A stretch of DNA of 63,709 bases, filler included, from Octopus bimaculoides (taxonomy: Eukaryota), in the NCBI RefSeq assembly GCF_001194135.2. It is 4 parts of 4 records of this genome, joined end to end, with 100 filler letters (N's around TTAATTAATTAA, not from the genome) between each part and the next. Parts side by side here need not be neighbours in the genome. Positions count along the whole stretch, not along the records: positions 1 to 14,352 come from NC_068983.1; 3 more parts are not named here. One strand, written 5' to 3'. Shown one piece after another: positions 1-12,625 of the stretch (the first letter of the stretch is position 1; each line of letters opens with the position of its first letter). The translations under genes and the position numbers were made by a program. The notes beneath the pieces were generated by a model that was not told the DNA's origin, did not search any database, and saw only the letters and a list, made by a program, of their open reading frames with translations.

Positions 1-205
1 TGGCCGTTTTCGTGCGGGTGACACGTAAAAGCACCCACTACACTCTCTGAGTGGTTGGCGTTAGGAAGAGCATCCAGCTGTAGAAACTCTGCCAAATCAG
101 ACTGGAGCCTGGTGTTGCCATCCGGTTTCACCAGTCCTCAGCCAAATCGTCCAACCCATGCTAGCATGGAAAGCGGACGTTAAACGATGATGATGATGAT
201 GATGA
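1..205 (+). mobile_element. SINE-like repeat, family E (3' part, ends in (GAT)n)
   Basis: Body 'gtggttggcgttaggaag..catccagctgtagaaac..ccaacccatgctagcatggaaagcggacgttaaacgatgatg' recurs at about 575, 1260, 9270(-), 10600, 11280 and 11630(-). Confidence 0.8.
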
Positions 206-225
206 TATATATATATATATATATA

Positions 226-420
226 CATAGTCTGATCAATAAGTATCCGGACTGTTGGTATAGTAATGAAGCTAAAGTACAAAGAGTGAAGCCCTTTGGC
301 ACATATTGACCTTGAACTCTGCTGTGCATACACAGTAAGTTTTAACATCCTAGGTCACTTCTGCTGTTTACAGCACTGCTTGGAAGGCAGGTGTGTAGCA
401 TGTGATTGTAGCGTGACCAT
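226..420 (+). mobile_element. mariner-like DNA transposon 5' end fragment
   Basis: Begins after a TA run with a mariner-type terminus 'tagtctgatcaataagtatccggactg'; truncated by (TG)n. Family call is from recollection. Confidence 0.55.
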
Positions 421-574
421 GTGTGTGTGTGACTGTATGTACACACACAGAAATATAAATATATATGTGTGTGTGTGTCTTGGTGTTTGTCTTTCACCAC
501 TTGACAACTGATGTTGGTTTGTTTACACCCTCATCGGTTATTAGTTTAGCAAATAGCATAAGTACCAGACTGCT

Positions 575-760
575 GGTGCCACATAAAAAGCACCCAGCAC
601 ACTCTGTAAAGTGGTTGATGTTAGGAAGGGCAGCCAGCTGTAGAAACCATGCCAAAACAGCCAGCAGAGCTTGGTGTAGTCTTCTGACTTGTTCCTGTTC
701 CTGCTACACCACCAACCCATGCCAAATCGACATTGAATGATGATGATGATGGTGATGATG
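575..760 (+). mobile_element. SINE-like repeat, family E
   Basis: Same body as 1-205, (GAT)n tail. Confidence 0.75.
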
Positions 761-908
761 TGCTCTATACGAGTATAGCTTCTGTCGTTAAATGTCAGTG
801 CTGTTCACTAATGTTTTCCTATTTAGTTTTGTGTTGTGTAGTATAGTACCTTGTAGTTGCTCTGTGTTGTATGTGGGTTACTGAAACAAGGAAAAGAATA
901 AAAGCATA

Positions 909-941
<33 letters not shown>

Positions 942-1139
942 NNNNNNNNNNNNNNNNNNNNNNNNNNNNNNNNNNNNNNNNNNNNNNNNNNNNNNNNNNN
1001 NNNNNNNNNNNNNNNNNNNNNNNNNNNNNNNNNNNNNNNNNNNNNNNNNNNNNNNNNNNNNNNNNNNNNNNNNNNNNNNNNNNNNNNNNNNNNNNNNNNN
1101 NNNNNNNNNNNNNNNNNNNNNTATGTACCATTGTCTAGA

Positions 1140-1385
1140 TGTCACATGACGGTCGTGATTGAGAATTATCTTCATCATACAAGTGAGGCTGTTTGTTTCC
1201 TTGTCTTCTGTGAAAGACATGTCCAGCTATGGGAGAATATTACCTTACTTGGAAACAGGTGAAGGTTTGCAACAGGAAGGGCATCCAGTTGTAGAAAATC
1301 TGCCTCAACAAATTCTGTCTGACCCATGCATGCATGGAAAAATAGACATTGAATTATGATGATGATGATGATGATGATGATATGT
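1140..1385 (+). mobile_element. SINE-like repeat, family E (longer 5' form)
   Basis: 'ggaagggcatccagttgtagaaa..gacccatgcatgcatggaaaa..(gat)n'. Confidence 0.65.
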
Positions 1386-2317
1386 GCCAAATGTTATCCA
1401 CGAAAAAATAGCCAAGATTGTATTAAAAATATATAAAAATAACAAAAGTATAAAATTTTATATCTCAATTAAATCTTATGACTCTATAAACTGAACTCTT
1501 CCTTCTCAAAATTGAAATTTTACAAGCCCCCCCACTGCAACCTAGTGTCCACATTTTCCTACCCAAGGGTTTAAGATTAACATCAACCATATCGATCTCA
1601 GCAGCTGGAGAGAGCTTGTAACTGTTATGGACACTACCTTTCCCTCTTCTCCAGTTCAATTTTGCTACAAAAAAGGATTTAACCACTAAATACAAACGTC
1701 AGTACTCTGTTCGGTTTTAACTGACTGACCTTCTTAAATTGTATATGTTTGTGAAATCATGCTGCTAAAATCAAATCCACCAGGTTATTTTTTAAAATCC
1801 AAACCAATAAATCTTGTGATGTTGTCAAGCAACCCACCCACCTGCCCACCATATGGTTTCCAGATGATATTTATTTTAATCACCCCCACCCCACTCTAGA
1901 AATATTAGTCAAATGAGAAGAGAGAAAAAAAAGCTGAAAGGTAAGATTATGTTAATTTGTACAGAATTGTTGATATGACGAGAAGAGAAAGGGAGACATG
2001 AGTTATGATGTTGGTCTGGTAAAAGAAGGAAAGCATGTCACAACCATATTATTACATGTGCAGAATATATTACAGATCAGTTACAGCACTTCATACGTAT
2101 TGATAATGCGAGTTGAATTACAGAACCTTAGAGCTAGACTCAGAAAGGATTATATATACAAGCATGGGTGTGTAGTTTAGAAGTTCACTTCCCTCAACTC
2201 CCAACCATAATGTTCAGGTTTGAGCTAGTTGTACAGCATCTTAGGCAAGTGAATGGATTTGGTAGACAAAAACCGAAAGAAGCCAGTTTCATACATATGT
2301 GTACTGTGTTAGATTGT

Positions 2318-2698
2318 GGAGGCGCAATGGCCCAGTGGCAACGGATTCGTGGTCATAGGATCGCGGTTTCGATTCCTAGACCGGGTGTTGTGAGTGTTTA
2401 TTGAGCGAAAACACCTAAAGCTCCACAAGGCTCCGGCAGGGGATGGTGGTGAACCCTGCTGTACTCCTTCACAGCAACTTTCTCTCACTTTTACTTCCTG
2501 TTTCTGTTGTGCCTGTAATTCAAAGGGTCAGCTTTGTCACATTGTGTCACGCTGAATATCCTTGAGAACTATATTAAGGGTACATGTGTCTGTGGAGTGC
2601 TCAGCCACTTGCACGTTAATTTCATGAGCAGGCTGTTCCGTTGATTGGATCAACTGAAACCCTCGACGTCATAAGCAACGGAGTGCTAACAACAACAA
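2318..2698 (+). mobile_element. tRNA-derived SINE, family A (near full length)
   Basis: A-box-like 'tggcccagtgg', B-box-like 'ggtttcgattcc', (AAC)n tail; near-identical body at 4222, 24955(-) and 37548. Confidence 0.85.
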
Positions 2699-3119
2699 CT
2701 GTGCTAGATTAACCATTAAGCAAAATAAGCATATGCTTAGGGCATCGAGGGAATGGGATTGCCACAGGAATGGTAAATAGTTTACAGTACAAAAGAAATC
2801 ACTTGAAACTTGTTAAAATAATACTTGATGTGGTTTATATGATCAGAAATATATTTCAAAGTGTTCATGGTGTCATAATGAAAATTTGATCAAATTACTT
2901 TGCAATTAAATAAAGTAGGAGAATGATTTTCAAATATAAATAAAGTGGAAGTATACAAAAATAAACACTATTTTCCATCTTTCTGTTAGTCTTGTTTCAT
3001 TTTGAAAAATAAAAATTCATTTTATGGTTTATTATTGTTTGTATTTTGAATTACATCCATATAAGGGCGCCAAAATCTTTTAAGTGCTTAGGGTCTCTAA
3101 GGATCTTAATCTGGCCCTG
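2699..3119. mobile_element. MITE / non-autonomous DNA element (hAT-like termini)
   Basis: Right end 'ttaatctggccctg' is complementary to the decayed left end 'ctgtgctagattaa'; AT-rich interior; 'gcttaggg' near both ends. Confidence 0.5.
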
Positions 3120-3129
3120 CATATATGTA

Positions 3130-3510
3130 TACTCTTTATTCTTTTTCTCTTTTACACGTTTCAGTAATTTGACTACGGTTAAGCTGGAGCACCACCTTTA
3201 GTCAAGCCAATCAACCCCAGGACTTACTCTTTGTAAGCCTAGCACTTATTCTATTGGTCTCTTATGCCGAACTACTAAGTTATGGGGTCGTAAACACACC
3301 AACATCGGTTGTCAAGTGATGGTGGGGGAACAAACACAGACACACAAACATATACACATATATATATATATATACAACAGGCTTCTTTCAGTTTCTGTCT
3401 ACCAAATCCACTCACAGAGCTTTGGTCAGCCCGAGGCTATAGTAGGTCTGAATCCAGAACCATGTGATTAGGAAGCAAGCTACTTACCACACAGCCATGC
3501 CTGCGCCTGT
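3130..3510 (-). mobile_element. composite tRNA-derived SINE, family B/C (head + internal (CA/TA)n + tail)
   Basis: Minus-strand head 'ggcatggctgtgtggtaagtagcttgc..ggttc'; same architecture at 8570, 20085, 29715 and 41320. Confidence 0.8.
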
Positions 3511-3916
3511 ATGTAAATAGATGTATGACTGCATATATGTGTTGTAAATGATGGTTACTGTCATACAAGCAGTGTTGTTCAATTGCAATCTTCTGTGAAA
3601 ATTCACCTAACCATTGAGCTGTTCATGCTTGAAGGAGTTGGGAATCATTACTTCACTTGGAGCAGTTTTAGTTTAGTTGGCAACCAAAATAGCATCAGGT
3701 TGTAGAAAATGTGTATTTTGTGTGTAAGGGCTTTCATTGTTCAAATGGACCCAGAACATTTGTTTAAAAAGTTGAACAATGACAGGAGCATATATGCTAA
3801 ATACACATTATACGAAAACCTCAATATTCTATACTCTAAACAATTTTTAAAAAATAGTTAATAACTTTAAAAGAAATCTTTCTTCAAACACACACAAACA
3901 TCTCTGTGTGTGCGTG

Positions 3917-3999
<83 letters not shown>

Positions 4000-4221
4000 A
4001 TGTGTGTTTAATACATGCCTGCTTGCATGCATGCATGCATGTATGTGTATTCTGTCAGTCACATCCACTCATAAGGCTTTTGTCTGTCCACAGATATAGT
4101 AGAAGACACTTGCCCAAGGTGCCATGCAGTGGGACTGAACCGAAGACCATGTGGTTGGGAAGCAAACTTCATAACCACATTGCCATGCCTATATCTATAT
4201 GTAACAGGTATTTATGTTACT

Positions 4222-4575
4222 GTGGAGGAGCAATGGCCCAATAGTTAGGGCAGCAGACTCATGGTCGTAGGATCACAGTTTTAATTCCCAGACTGGGTGT
4301 TGCATGTTTACTGAGTGAAAACACCTAAAACCCAACAAGGCTCCAGCAGAGGATGGTGGTGAACCCTGCTGTACTCTTTCACCACAACTTTCTCTCACTC
4401 TTTCTTCCTGTTTCTGTTAAACCTGTATTTCAAAGGGGCCAGCCTTGTCACACTCTGTGTNNNNNNNNNNCGTTAAGAGTACACATGTCTGTGAAATGCT
4501 CAGCCACTTTCACATTAATTTCACGAGCAGGCTGTTCCGTTGATTGGATCAACTGGAACCCTCATCGTCGTAACT
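4222..4575 (+). mobile_element. tRNA-derived SINE, family A (CpG-decayed copy)
   Basis: Aligns by eye with 2318-2698 and 37548-37884; most CpGs converted to TpG/CpA. Confidence 0.85.
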
Positions 4576-5039
4576 GAATATGTTACTGACAGATGCAGTG
4601 GTTACTAGTATTGAGAGCTGATTAGTTAAAACATCATGGGACAGTATGATATGCAACAAATGAATTAACAGAAGCAAAGAAGTAAATTCTTACAGATTTC
4701 ATTTATCTTTCACAATGTGACACATGAGAGGCTGTAGCAGTTGGCTGTTTTACAGTGTAAGAGATTGAGGGTAATGACTTGCACAACTTTTCAGTGGAAC
4801 CCAATCCCTTTCCCTCATGAGACATTGACCAACAGAAGCCCAAACTCACGTGTCAGCCACATTTCAACAGCCCAGTGAGATCCTCAAATGTCATGGCCAC
4901 TCTCCTTGTATTTCCTTTCGACACCCATAAATTTTAATTCAGCCTTCAGCTATATGTAAATGCTTGTTAATTAATGGAAAAGGCAGCAAAAAGCTGACAG
5001 AATTGTTCGCATACCAGGCAAAAAAGTGATATTTCATCC

Positions 5040-5916
5040 CTCTTTTTGTTCTGAGTTCAAATTCTGCTGAGGTTGATGTTGTTTTTCATCCTTTCCAGGT
5101 GGATAAATTAAGTACCAGTTGCATACTGAGGTCGATGTAATCGGCATAAACCCTCCCCTGAGCTACCTGGCCTTGTGCCAAGATTTGAAGCAGTTATTGT
5201 TATTATTATTATTGAGTGAGAGAACAATGCATACCATCAAAGTGACACCTGGGTACAAATATACAAAGCCCAATATACCCATCATGACTACATGTCTGAT
5301 AAGGGTACATCAGGCACATGCATCACAACCATATGTGCATAATAATAAACAAGTGCATAACCTTGTAGGTAGGGTCTAGTTGAAATTTTCTTCAGGTCGA
5401 GTAGCCAATCCCACTCAAAAGGTTCCTGAATAAGGGTTGTTTAAGGATATGCTGAACAAAACATCCGTGTTTCCAGAGGTGTATTATTCAAGCCCTCTCC
5501 CTAAATTATGAGCTGGCAGAATCATTATCACACTGGGTAAAATGCTTAGTGGCATTTCGTCTGTCTTTACATTCCGAGTTCAAATTCTGCTGGGGTCAAC
5601 TTTGCCTTTCATCTTTTTGGGGTTGATAAATGAAGTATCAGTGAAACACTGGGGTTGATGTAATTGACTAGCTCCTTCCCCCAAAATTTGAGGCCTTGTG
5701 TCTTTAGTAGAAAGGATTATTATTATTATTATGATTTTTGAAGTGGTGAGCTGGCAGAACCATTAGCACACTGGGCAAAGAGCTTGGTAGCATTTTGTTT
5801 GTCTTCGTGCTCTGAGTTCAAATACTGCTGAGGTTGACTTTGCATTTCATCGTTTTGAGGTCGATAAAATAGGTACCAGTTACGCACTAGGGATCAATGT
5901 AATTGACTTATCCCCT
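5040..5916 (+). mobile_element. cluster of three family-D SINE-like copies around one family-F repeat (5205-5500)
   Basis: Recurrent 'ctgagttcaaattc..gaggt.gact ttgcctttcatc..gataaa..agtaccagt'; the F body recurs at 25935-26510. Confidence 0.75.
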
Positions 5917-6252
5917 NNNNNNNNNNNNNNNNNNNNNNNNNNNNNNNNNNNNNNNNNNNNNNNNNNNNNNNNNNNNNNNNNNNNNNNNNNNNNNNNNNNN
6001 NNNNNNNNNNNNNNNNNNNNNNNNNNNNNNNNNNNNNNNNNNNNNNNNNNNNNNNNNNNNNNNNNNNNNNNNNNNNNNNNNNNNNNNNNNNNNNNNNNNN
6101 NNNNNNNNNNNNNNNNNNNNNNNNNNNNNNNNNNNNNNNNNNNNNNNNNNNNNNNNNNNNNNNNNNNNNNNNNNNNNNNNNNNNNNNNNNNNNNNNNNNN
6201 NNNNGAAGCATAAAGAGTTGATTATAAAAATGAAAGACATTCAGAAAGCAAT

Positions 6253-6307
<55 letters not shown>

Positions 6308-6472
6308 CTGCTTAAATTTTTACACTTTCTCTGTTTTATATATATATATATGTATGTATGTGTGTGTTTGTGTGTGTGTATGCATGTATGTACGTGTCTG
6401 TGTCTATGTATGTGTAGTGCTTTGTAACTTTAAGGAGAAAATGCTTAGTCATATTGAAAACGCTGTCGTGTG

Positions 6473-6537
<65 letters not shown>

Positions 6538-7369
6538 GCACACACACTAGCATGCATATATATATATATATATATATATATGATGATGATGATGATATAT
6601 ATATATGGATGATGTGCCCTGTTGTGTTGTGCCAGTCATCATTACTGCTGTTGTTGTTGTGTGTGAGATAGTAGTAGTACTATTCGAACAAATATTTGGG
6701 GCGTGACAACCTTGAAATATTGCTGTGTGTGTGTGTGTGCTTATTTGCATTTGATGAGTTGGCAGTTATCATTGGGAAACCACAGCCAATTCTACTCAGC
6801 AAAAAGAAAGAAAGCAGCTTAGATTGTCCATGTTGGAAGTCAGTTCTTCTGAACATATGGCTTCTCTTCCTCCTTATCCTTCTTCCCTTCTTCTTGTTTG
6901 TTTCCTCTTTCATTTTCTTATGATTCTTCACAGTTTGATGTTTTGAAAATTCGACTGTTTGCTTGAACAGTGTTGGCACTGATGTCGAAGAGTAGTAATT
7001 CTGCATGGGAGTGGACTTGAACTGTGACAACCAGTCCAACCCATGCCAGCATGGAAAGCAGATGGTGATGATGAAATGACTCAAAACAACATGGGTCAAC
7101 GACAAATGTTAAATCAATATACACTCTAGAAACAGTATAAGAAATGTTTGCATCACCATCATTTGCATGCTGGCAAGGGCTGGAGAGCTTGAACAAGATC
7201 TGATGGGTCTAAGGACTGCATTATGCTCCAGTGTTTGCTTTGACATGGTTTCTATGGCTGGATACCCTTCCTAATACTAATCAATTTATATGTGGTGCTA
7301 CAGGATGGCCGTAGTCAAATGACTGAAATGTGTAAAAGAATCAAAGTGTAATGATAATTTCAATGTATG

Positions 7370-7401
<32 letters not shown>

Positions 7402-7402
7402 C

Positions 7403-7567
7403 ATGACGAGCTTCTTTCAGTTTCCGTCTACCAAATCCACTCACAAGGTTTTGGTCGGCCCGAGGCTATAGTAGAAGACGCTTGCCCAAGGTGCCATGCG
7501 GTGGGACTGAACCTGGAACCATGTGGTTGGGAAGCAAGCATCTTACCACACAGCCATGCCTGCGCCT
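7403..7567 (-). mobile_element. SINE family B head
   Basis: 'gggcttctttcagtttccgtctaccaaatccactcacaagg..gtgggactgaacctggaaccatgtggttgggaagcaagc'. Confidence 0.8.
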
Positions 7568-8344
7568 ACGTGATGAAGTTTATAAAACAGCTGTAAGCCT
7601 AAGGATGACAAGAGATAAATATATTCACCTCTCATATCTCCTGATTTTTTTGTGGTTTTATGGTTTATACACTCCTCATAAAATAATCTCATTGATCGGG
7701 TTTCCTGAATTTCAGCTACATGGAACTCTGCATTAAATTCCTCTGTATTACATTATTACGTGATCTTCTAATGAAGTCAGCAAGAGGAGCTTTCTGTGAT
7801 AGTAACATGATTCTATGAATCCTTATATTACACTATGAATATATATATATTAGTAAAAGAGAAGGTGCAGATTTTTTTCTCTAGAATTCTATCTAAATGT
7901 ATTGGTTTCTCTTTGAGAGCCACATCTGCCAAAAATATCAAAGAACGGCTGAGCGTTATGTCAACACATGTCCATATTATAGTATTACGTATTGCTAAAA
8001 ATGGTGTAGAATAATCATTTGTGGGGGGATTTTAAGGATGACAGCATTTGTCTTTGACAGTCACCAAAGTGTTTAGGAGATGAGAGAAACTCAGGAACCA
8101 TAACTACTGAATAACATATGGAAATCTAATCACCAAATGGGATATGTTGAAGACTGTGATTCCCATTAGAATTTTATGAGAATAGAACCCTTTTCCCACC
8201 TAACATGAACCAATTAGGGCTTCACCAAGAATCTTGTTTTCTTCTTCTTCCTGAATATCAATCTAATATCTTTTAATGAAATGGTGTTAAAGACAACAAG
8301 CCTGGAGTTGTGTAGGAATGTGAGATATTAAAGAAAAATATTCC

Positions 8345-8570
8345 CTCGCATTAATGTGGCGGCAGTGGAGGTAGTAGTGGTGGTGATGGTGGTGGTGTTG
8401 ATGGTTGTAATGATGATGGTGGTAATGTTTGTGGGGGTGATAGTGGTGATGGTGGGGTTGTGGTGGCACTGGTAATTGTGATAGTCTTGATAGTTGTGTT
8501 AATGATGATGATGGTGGTGGTGGTGGTAGCAGCAATGATGGCAGTGGTGGTAGTTGTGGTAGTGATATCT
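8345..8570. repeat. (GGT/GAT/AGT)n trinucleotide low-complexity tract
   Basis: Seen directly; explains the poly-His/poly-Val ORFs. Confidence 0.9.
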
Positions 8571-8990
8571 TTTATCTTTTACTTGTTTCACTCATTAGAT
8601 TGTGGCCATGCTGGGGCACTGCGTCGAAGAATTTTAGTCAAACAAATCCCCCCCNNNNNNNNNNGGTACTTATCTTTTCAAACCTGGTCCTTATTCTATC
8701 AGCCTTTTGTGCCAAACTGCTAACTTTACACGGATGTAAACATACCAACACTGGTTGTCAAGTGGTGGTAGGGGACACACACAGACACAAAGATGCACAC
8801 ACACAGACACACACACATATATATAGGACAGGCTTCTTTCAGTTTCCATCTCCCAAATCCACTCACTAGTTTTTGGTTGGCCTGTGGCTATAACAGAAGA
8901 CACTTGCGCAAGGTGCCACGTAGTGAGACTGAACCTGGAACCGTATGGTTGGGAAGCAAACTTCTCACCACATAGCCATGCTTGCGCCTA
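8570..8990 (-). mobile_element. composite SINE family B/C
   Basis: Same layout as 3130-3510. Confidence 0.8.
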
Positions 8991-9584
8991 TAATTGTGTT
9001 TGTGGTGATGATGGTGGTGGTTGCGATGATAGTGTTGTTGCTTTCTTCACCTAACTGTTATTTCAGGTTTCTAATATTAATATTTTTGGCTTATTCTCTT
9101 GAATTTTGTATGTTGATGTGAGTTTGAAAGGTGTGTATAACAGCCAACCTTTGTCTCAAACTAAGTTCATATCAAACTATTGTTGGTGAAGATAATCTGT
9201 CCGATATAATTACTAACCTATATACACTTGGCTGATTTAGCTATTTCTCTGTAGATCAAAAAATGATGATTATCGTCATCGTTTAATGTCCATTTTCCAT
9301 GCTGGCATGGGTTGGACAGTTTGACTGAGGTCTAGAAAGCCAATGGCAGTACCAGGCTCCAATCTAATCTGACAATGTTTCTACAGCTGGATGCCCTTCC
9401 TAATGCCAACCACTCTTAGAGTGTAGTGGGTGAATAACATTAATCAATTTTCAAATGTTACTGGAATTTCATCAGAGGTATCTACATCAATTTGACAAAT
9501 CTCAGAGAAACAAGCAGACAAGCTGTTTATATATTCAACAATTACAATAGCTACAGTAAATTGGAACTACTAATTAACATACCA

Positions 9585-10165
9585 TAAATGTTAACAGTTT
9601 CATATATCTGGGAAGTTGGATAACATCAGATGGAAGGTCAGATAAGGACATCAAGTGCAGAATTGCATTAGCAAAGAAGACTTTTATGGATATGAGGAGC
9701 ATTTTTTGTGCAAAGAGAATTGGAATGGAAGTCAAGAAAAGACTATTGAAGTGCTACATCTGGTCGGTGCTAACATATGGATGTGAGTCTTGGACAATAA
9801 GCAAAGTCATGGAGAAGAGACTCAAAGCTGCAGAAAAGTATTTTATAGAAAAATGCTTAGAATCTCATGGGCACAGAGATTGACAAATGTGGAAGTGTTG
9901 AAAAAGATGAAAGTGAAGCGACAGTTGATGGATATTGTCAGAGAGAGACAGTGGAGATTTGTTGGTCATTTTCTCAGAGAAGATGATGGAATGGAGCGTT
10001 ACATGGTAGAAACTGAGCTGGTGGGAAGGAGAGTGAGAGGAAGGCAGAGATGAAATATGTTCGACTGGATGAAGAGCGAGAAAGACATGGCTGATGTTGC
10101 GAGAGACAGAAATAAATGGAGGAGGAACAAGCCATGATTCGTCAATGGCATGAATATGCCATGAC
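9585..10165 (+). mobile_element. RTE-clade LINE, 3' ORF2 fragment (frameshifted)
   Basis: Translates FIYLGSWITSDGRSDKDIKCRIALAKKTF..LLKCYIWSVLTYGCESWTISK, then after a frameshift near 9840 YRKMLRISW..TNVEVLKKM..RQWRFVGHFLRE..GRRVRGRQR. This is the typical RTE RT C-terminus. Confidence 0.9.
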
Positions 10166-10429
10166 ACAAGAGAGAGGGAGAGGGAGAAATGCTAACACTT
10201 TATTTCAAATATCAAGGCCCTGTCAACAGGGATCTCAGTCCATACAGTGTCATCAAGCTATGATATAATACATGTGACCTATATAGTACCTATATAAACA
10301 GGGCTAATTAAGTTGTTTATCTGCAGATTGGAAAAAACTATGAACAAGCTTAATTGATTGTTGACTCATTCTATATATCCGCATTCCATGACCAAATATT
10401 TATTTCAGATGAAAGGACATTTTTAACAT

Positions 10430-10768
10430 GCCACATAAAAAGTACCTGTGCTAGTGTCAAGTAAAACGCATCCATGCTGGTACCATGTAACAATCATCCA
10501 TGTGGGCACCATGTAAAAAGTACATATACCAGTGCCACATAAATAGCACCAGTGTTGGTGCCGTGTAAAAATAGCACTCAACACACTCTGTATAGTGGTT
10601 GGCATTAGAAAGGGCGTCCTCAACACATTCTGTATAGTGGTTGGCATTAGAAAAGGTGTCCAGTTGTAGAAACCATGTGAGAACAGACAATGGAACCTAG
10701 TGCAGCTCTCTGGCTTGCCAATTCCTTTCAAACTGTCCAAACCATGCCAACATGGAGAATGGACGTTA

Positions 10769-10800
<32 letters not shown>
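10430..10800 (+). mobile_element. SINE-like repeat, family E, with internal ~42-bp tandem duplication
   Basis: 'caacacactctgtatagtggttggcattagaaagggcgtcct' repeated at about 10580-10660; (GAT)n tail. Confidence 0.75.
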
Positions 10801-10801
<1 letters not shown>

Positions 10802-11789
10802 TACACTGTTGACTATTAAAATTAATGTGATTGATTTTGGAGCTTGGAATTCTGTTGGTGATGCCTTTGTCCCAATTCCCCTCTCACTGCTTTCACATCT
10901 GTCCTCATCTCTCTACTTTCTGTCATCCTCCTTTCATACTCTTTTGCACCTGCTTAGGCACCTAGCCACCCTCAGTTATCTGTTCCTGTTCTCTTTTATA
11001 TCCACTTTCTTGTACCTTGATGGCATGCCCTGATAATTCATTTCCACTATCTACTCTCCCTTTTCTGCTGGGGTAACCATATATCTCATCAGTAAGCCCC
11101 CCCTCCCCCTGCTTGTACCCTGTTTTCCTACTTTAGCCTCTCCATACCTAGCACAAAGTCTCTTCCCTCAAAATCACACTTCCTACTTTGTCAAAGGGTC
11201 TTGTTTTGTAAGTTACTTGGTGACTTCTTTAGTGCTGGTGCCATGAAAAGTGCATGCAGTACACTCAGTAAAGTGGTTGGCATATTATGAAGAACGTCCA
11301 CCTGTAGAAACCTTGTCAAAGCAGACATTGGAGAACAACACAGCCCTCAGGCTAGTCAAATCTGTATTCCATGCCAGCATGAAATATAAATAGATGTTAA
11401 ACAATTATGGGGATATTGATATATTTACCAAAAACTGTGAAGCACTGAAGTTCAGTTAGCAAATACTTAATTGTTTTGACTAGGAAAGATAATCGGTTTC
11501 TTCTAAATTTCACATGTGATGTACTGGTGCTATATAAAATGTACCTGTACCTGCATCATGTAAACTGCACTTGTGCTGATGCTGCATAAAAAGGACCCGA
11601 ACCAGTCATCATCATGATCATCATCGTTCAACTTCCACTTTCCATGCAGGCATGGGTTGGACTGTTTGACTGAGGACTGGCAAATGAGGAGGTTGCACCA
11701 ATCTCCAGTCTGATCTGGCAAGGTTTCTACAGCTGAATGCCCTTCCTAATGCTGTTAAATGATGATGATAAAATATTCCTGAGACACAA

Positions 11790-11950
11790 ACATGACTGTC
11801 TGGTGAAGTAGTTTGCTTCCCAACCAAATGGTTTGGGGTTCATTCCCATTGTGGGGTCCACTGAGCAAGTGTCTTTGACTATAGCCCTGGGCTGACTAAA
11901 GCCTTGTCAGTGTATTTTGTAGATGGAAACTCAAAGAAGCCCATTGTGTG
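11790..11950 (+). mobile_element. SINE family B head (CpG-decayed)
   Basis: 'agtttgcttcccaaccaaatggtttggggttcattccc..agcaagtgtc..ctatagccctgggctgactaaagcc..tagatggaaactcaaagaagccc'. Confidence 0.7.
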
Positions 11951-12449
11951 TGTGTGTGTGTGTGTGTGCGTGTGTATTTTTGATTGTGGTTTGGTTTTTG
12001 ATTTTACTTGACTCAATAGGTCTTTTCAAGCATGGAATGTCGCCTGATGATTCAAAGGAACTTTTTAAATGGGCTGGTTATGCGACACTGGTATAGGCTA
12101 CGGCTGTGATCTCACTTTACTTGTTGGGTCTTCTCAATCACTGCATATCTCCAGAGGTCTCGGGCTCGATGATATTTAATAAGGTACAGTGGAAGATGAT
12201 AATAGTACTATTTCTTCCTGACACATAACCAAACATCTCATCAAGGAAAACACTCTTCCAAATCAAAGGAGCTCCAACTCTTTCTGTAACTTTCCTAACT
12301 TGAATAATGGTGTGAATTTTTTTTATAAACCTTAACTTTCTTAAAATGCTATTAAAAAAAAAATCTTCAAATTTTTAAGCTTGAACATCTAAGTTTCAGA
12401 ATTTCAAAGGAAAACAAAATTAACTAAATGAAGTTTTTGTTTATGCATT

Positions 12450-12625
12450 TCGTTTGTATTTAAAGTGTATAAATATATTTTGTTTACGTTTATAATTATA
12501 TAAATATATTTTGTTCGTGTTTAAGGTGTATAAATATATTTTGTTTCTATTTGAAATGTAAAATGTATGAATATATTTGGTTTGTATTTGAAGTATATAA
12601 ATATATTTTATTTACGTTTGTAATT
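12450..12625. repeat. degenerate ~29-bp AT-rich minisatellite
   Basis: Repeated 'gtgtataaatatattt(t)gttt..'. Confidence 0.65.

Noticed and set aside
2740-2772. Apparent exon GHRGNGIATGM|gtaaat resembling a GNAT acetyl-CoA motif
   Set aside because: Lies inside the MITE at 2699-3119; acceptor is poor.
6780-7010. Lys/Glu-rich minus-strand frames
   Set aside because: Purine-rich low complexity, with an in-frame stop in the most protein-like frame; no family recognised.
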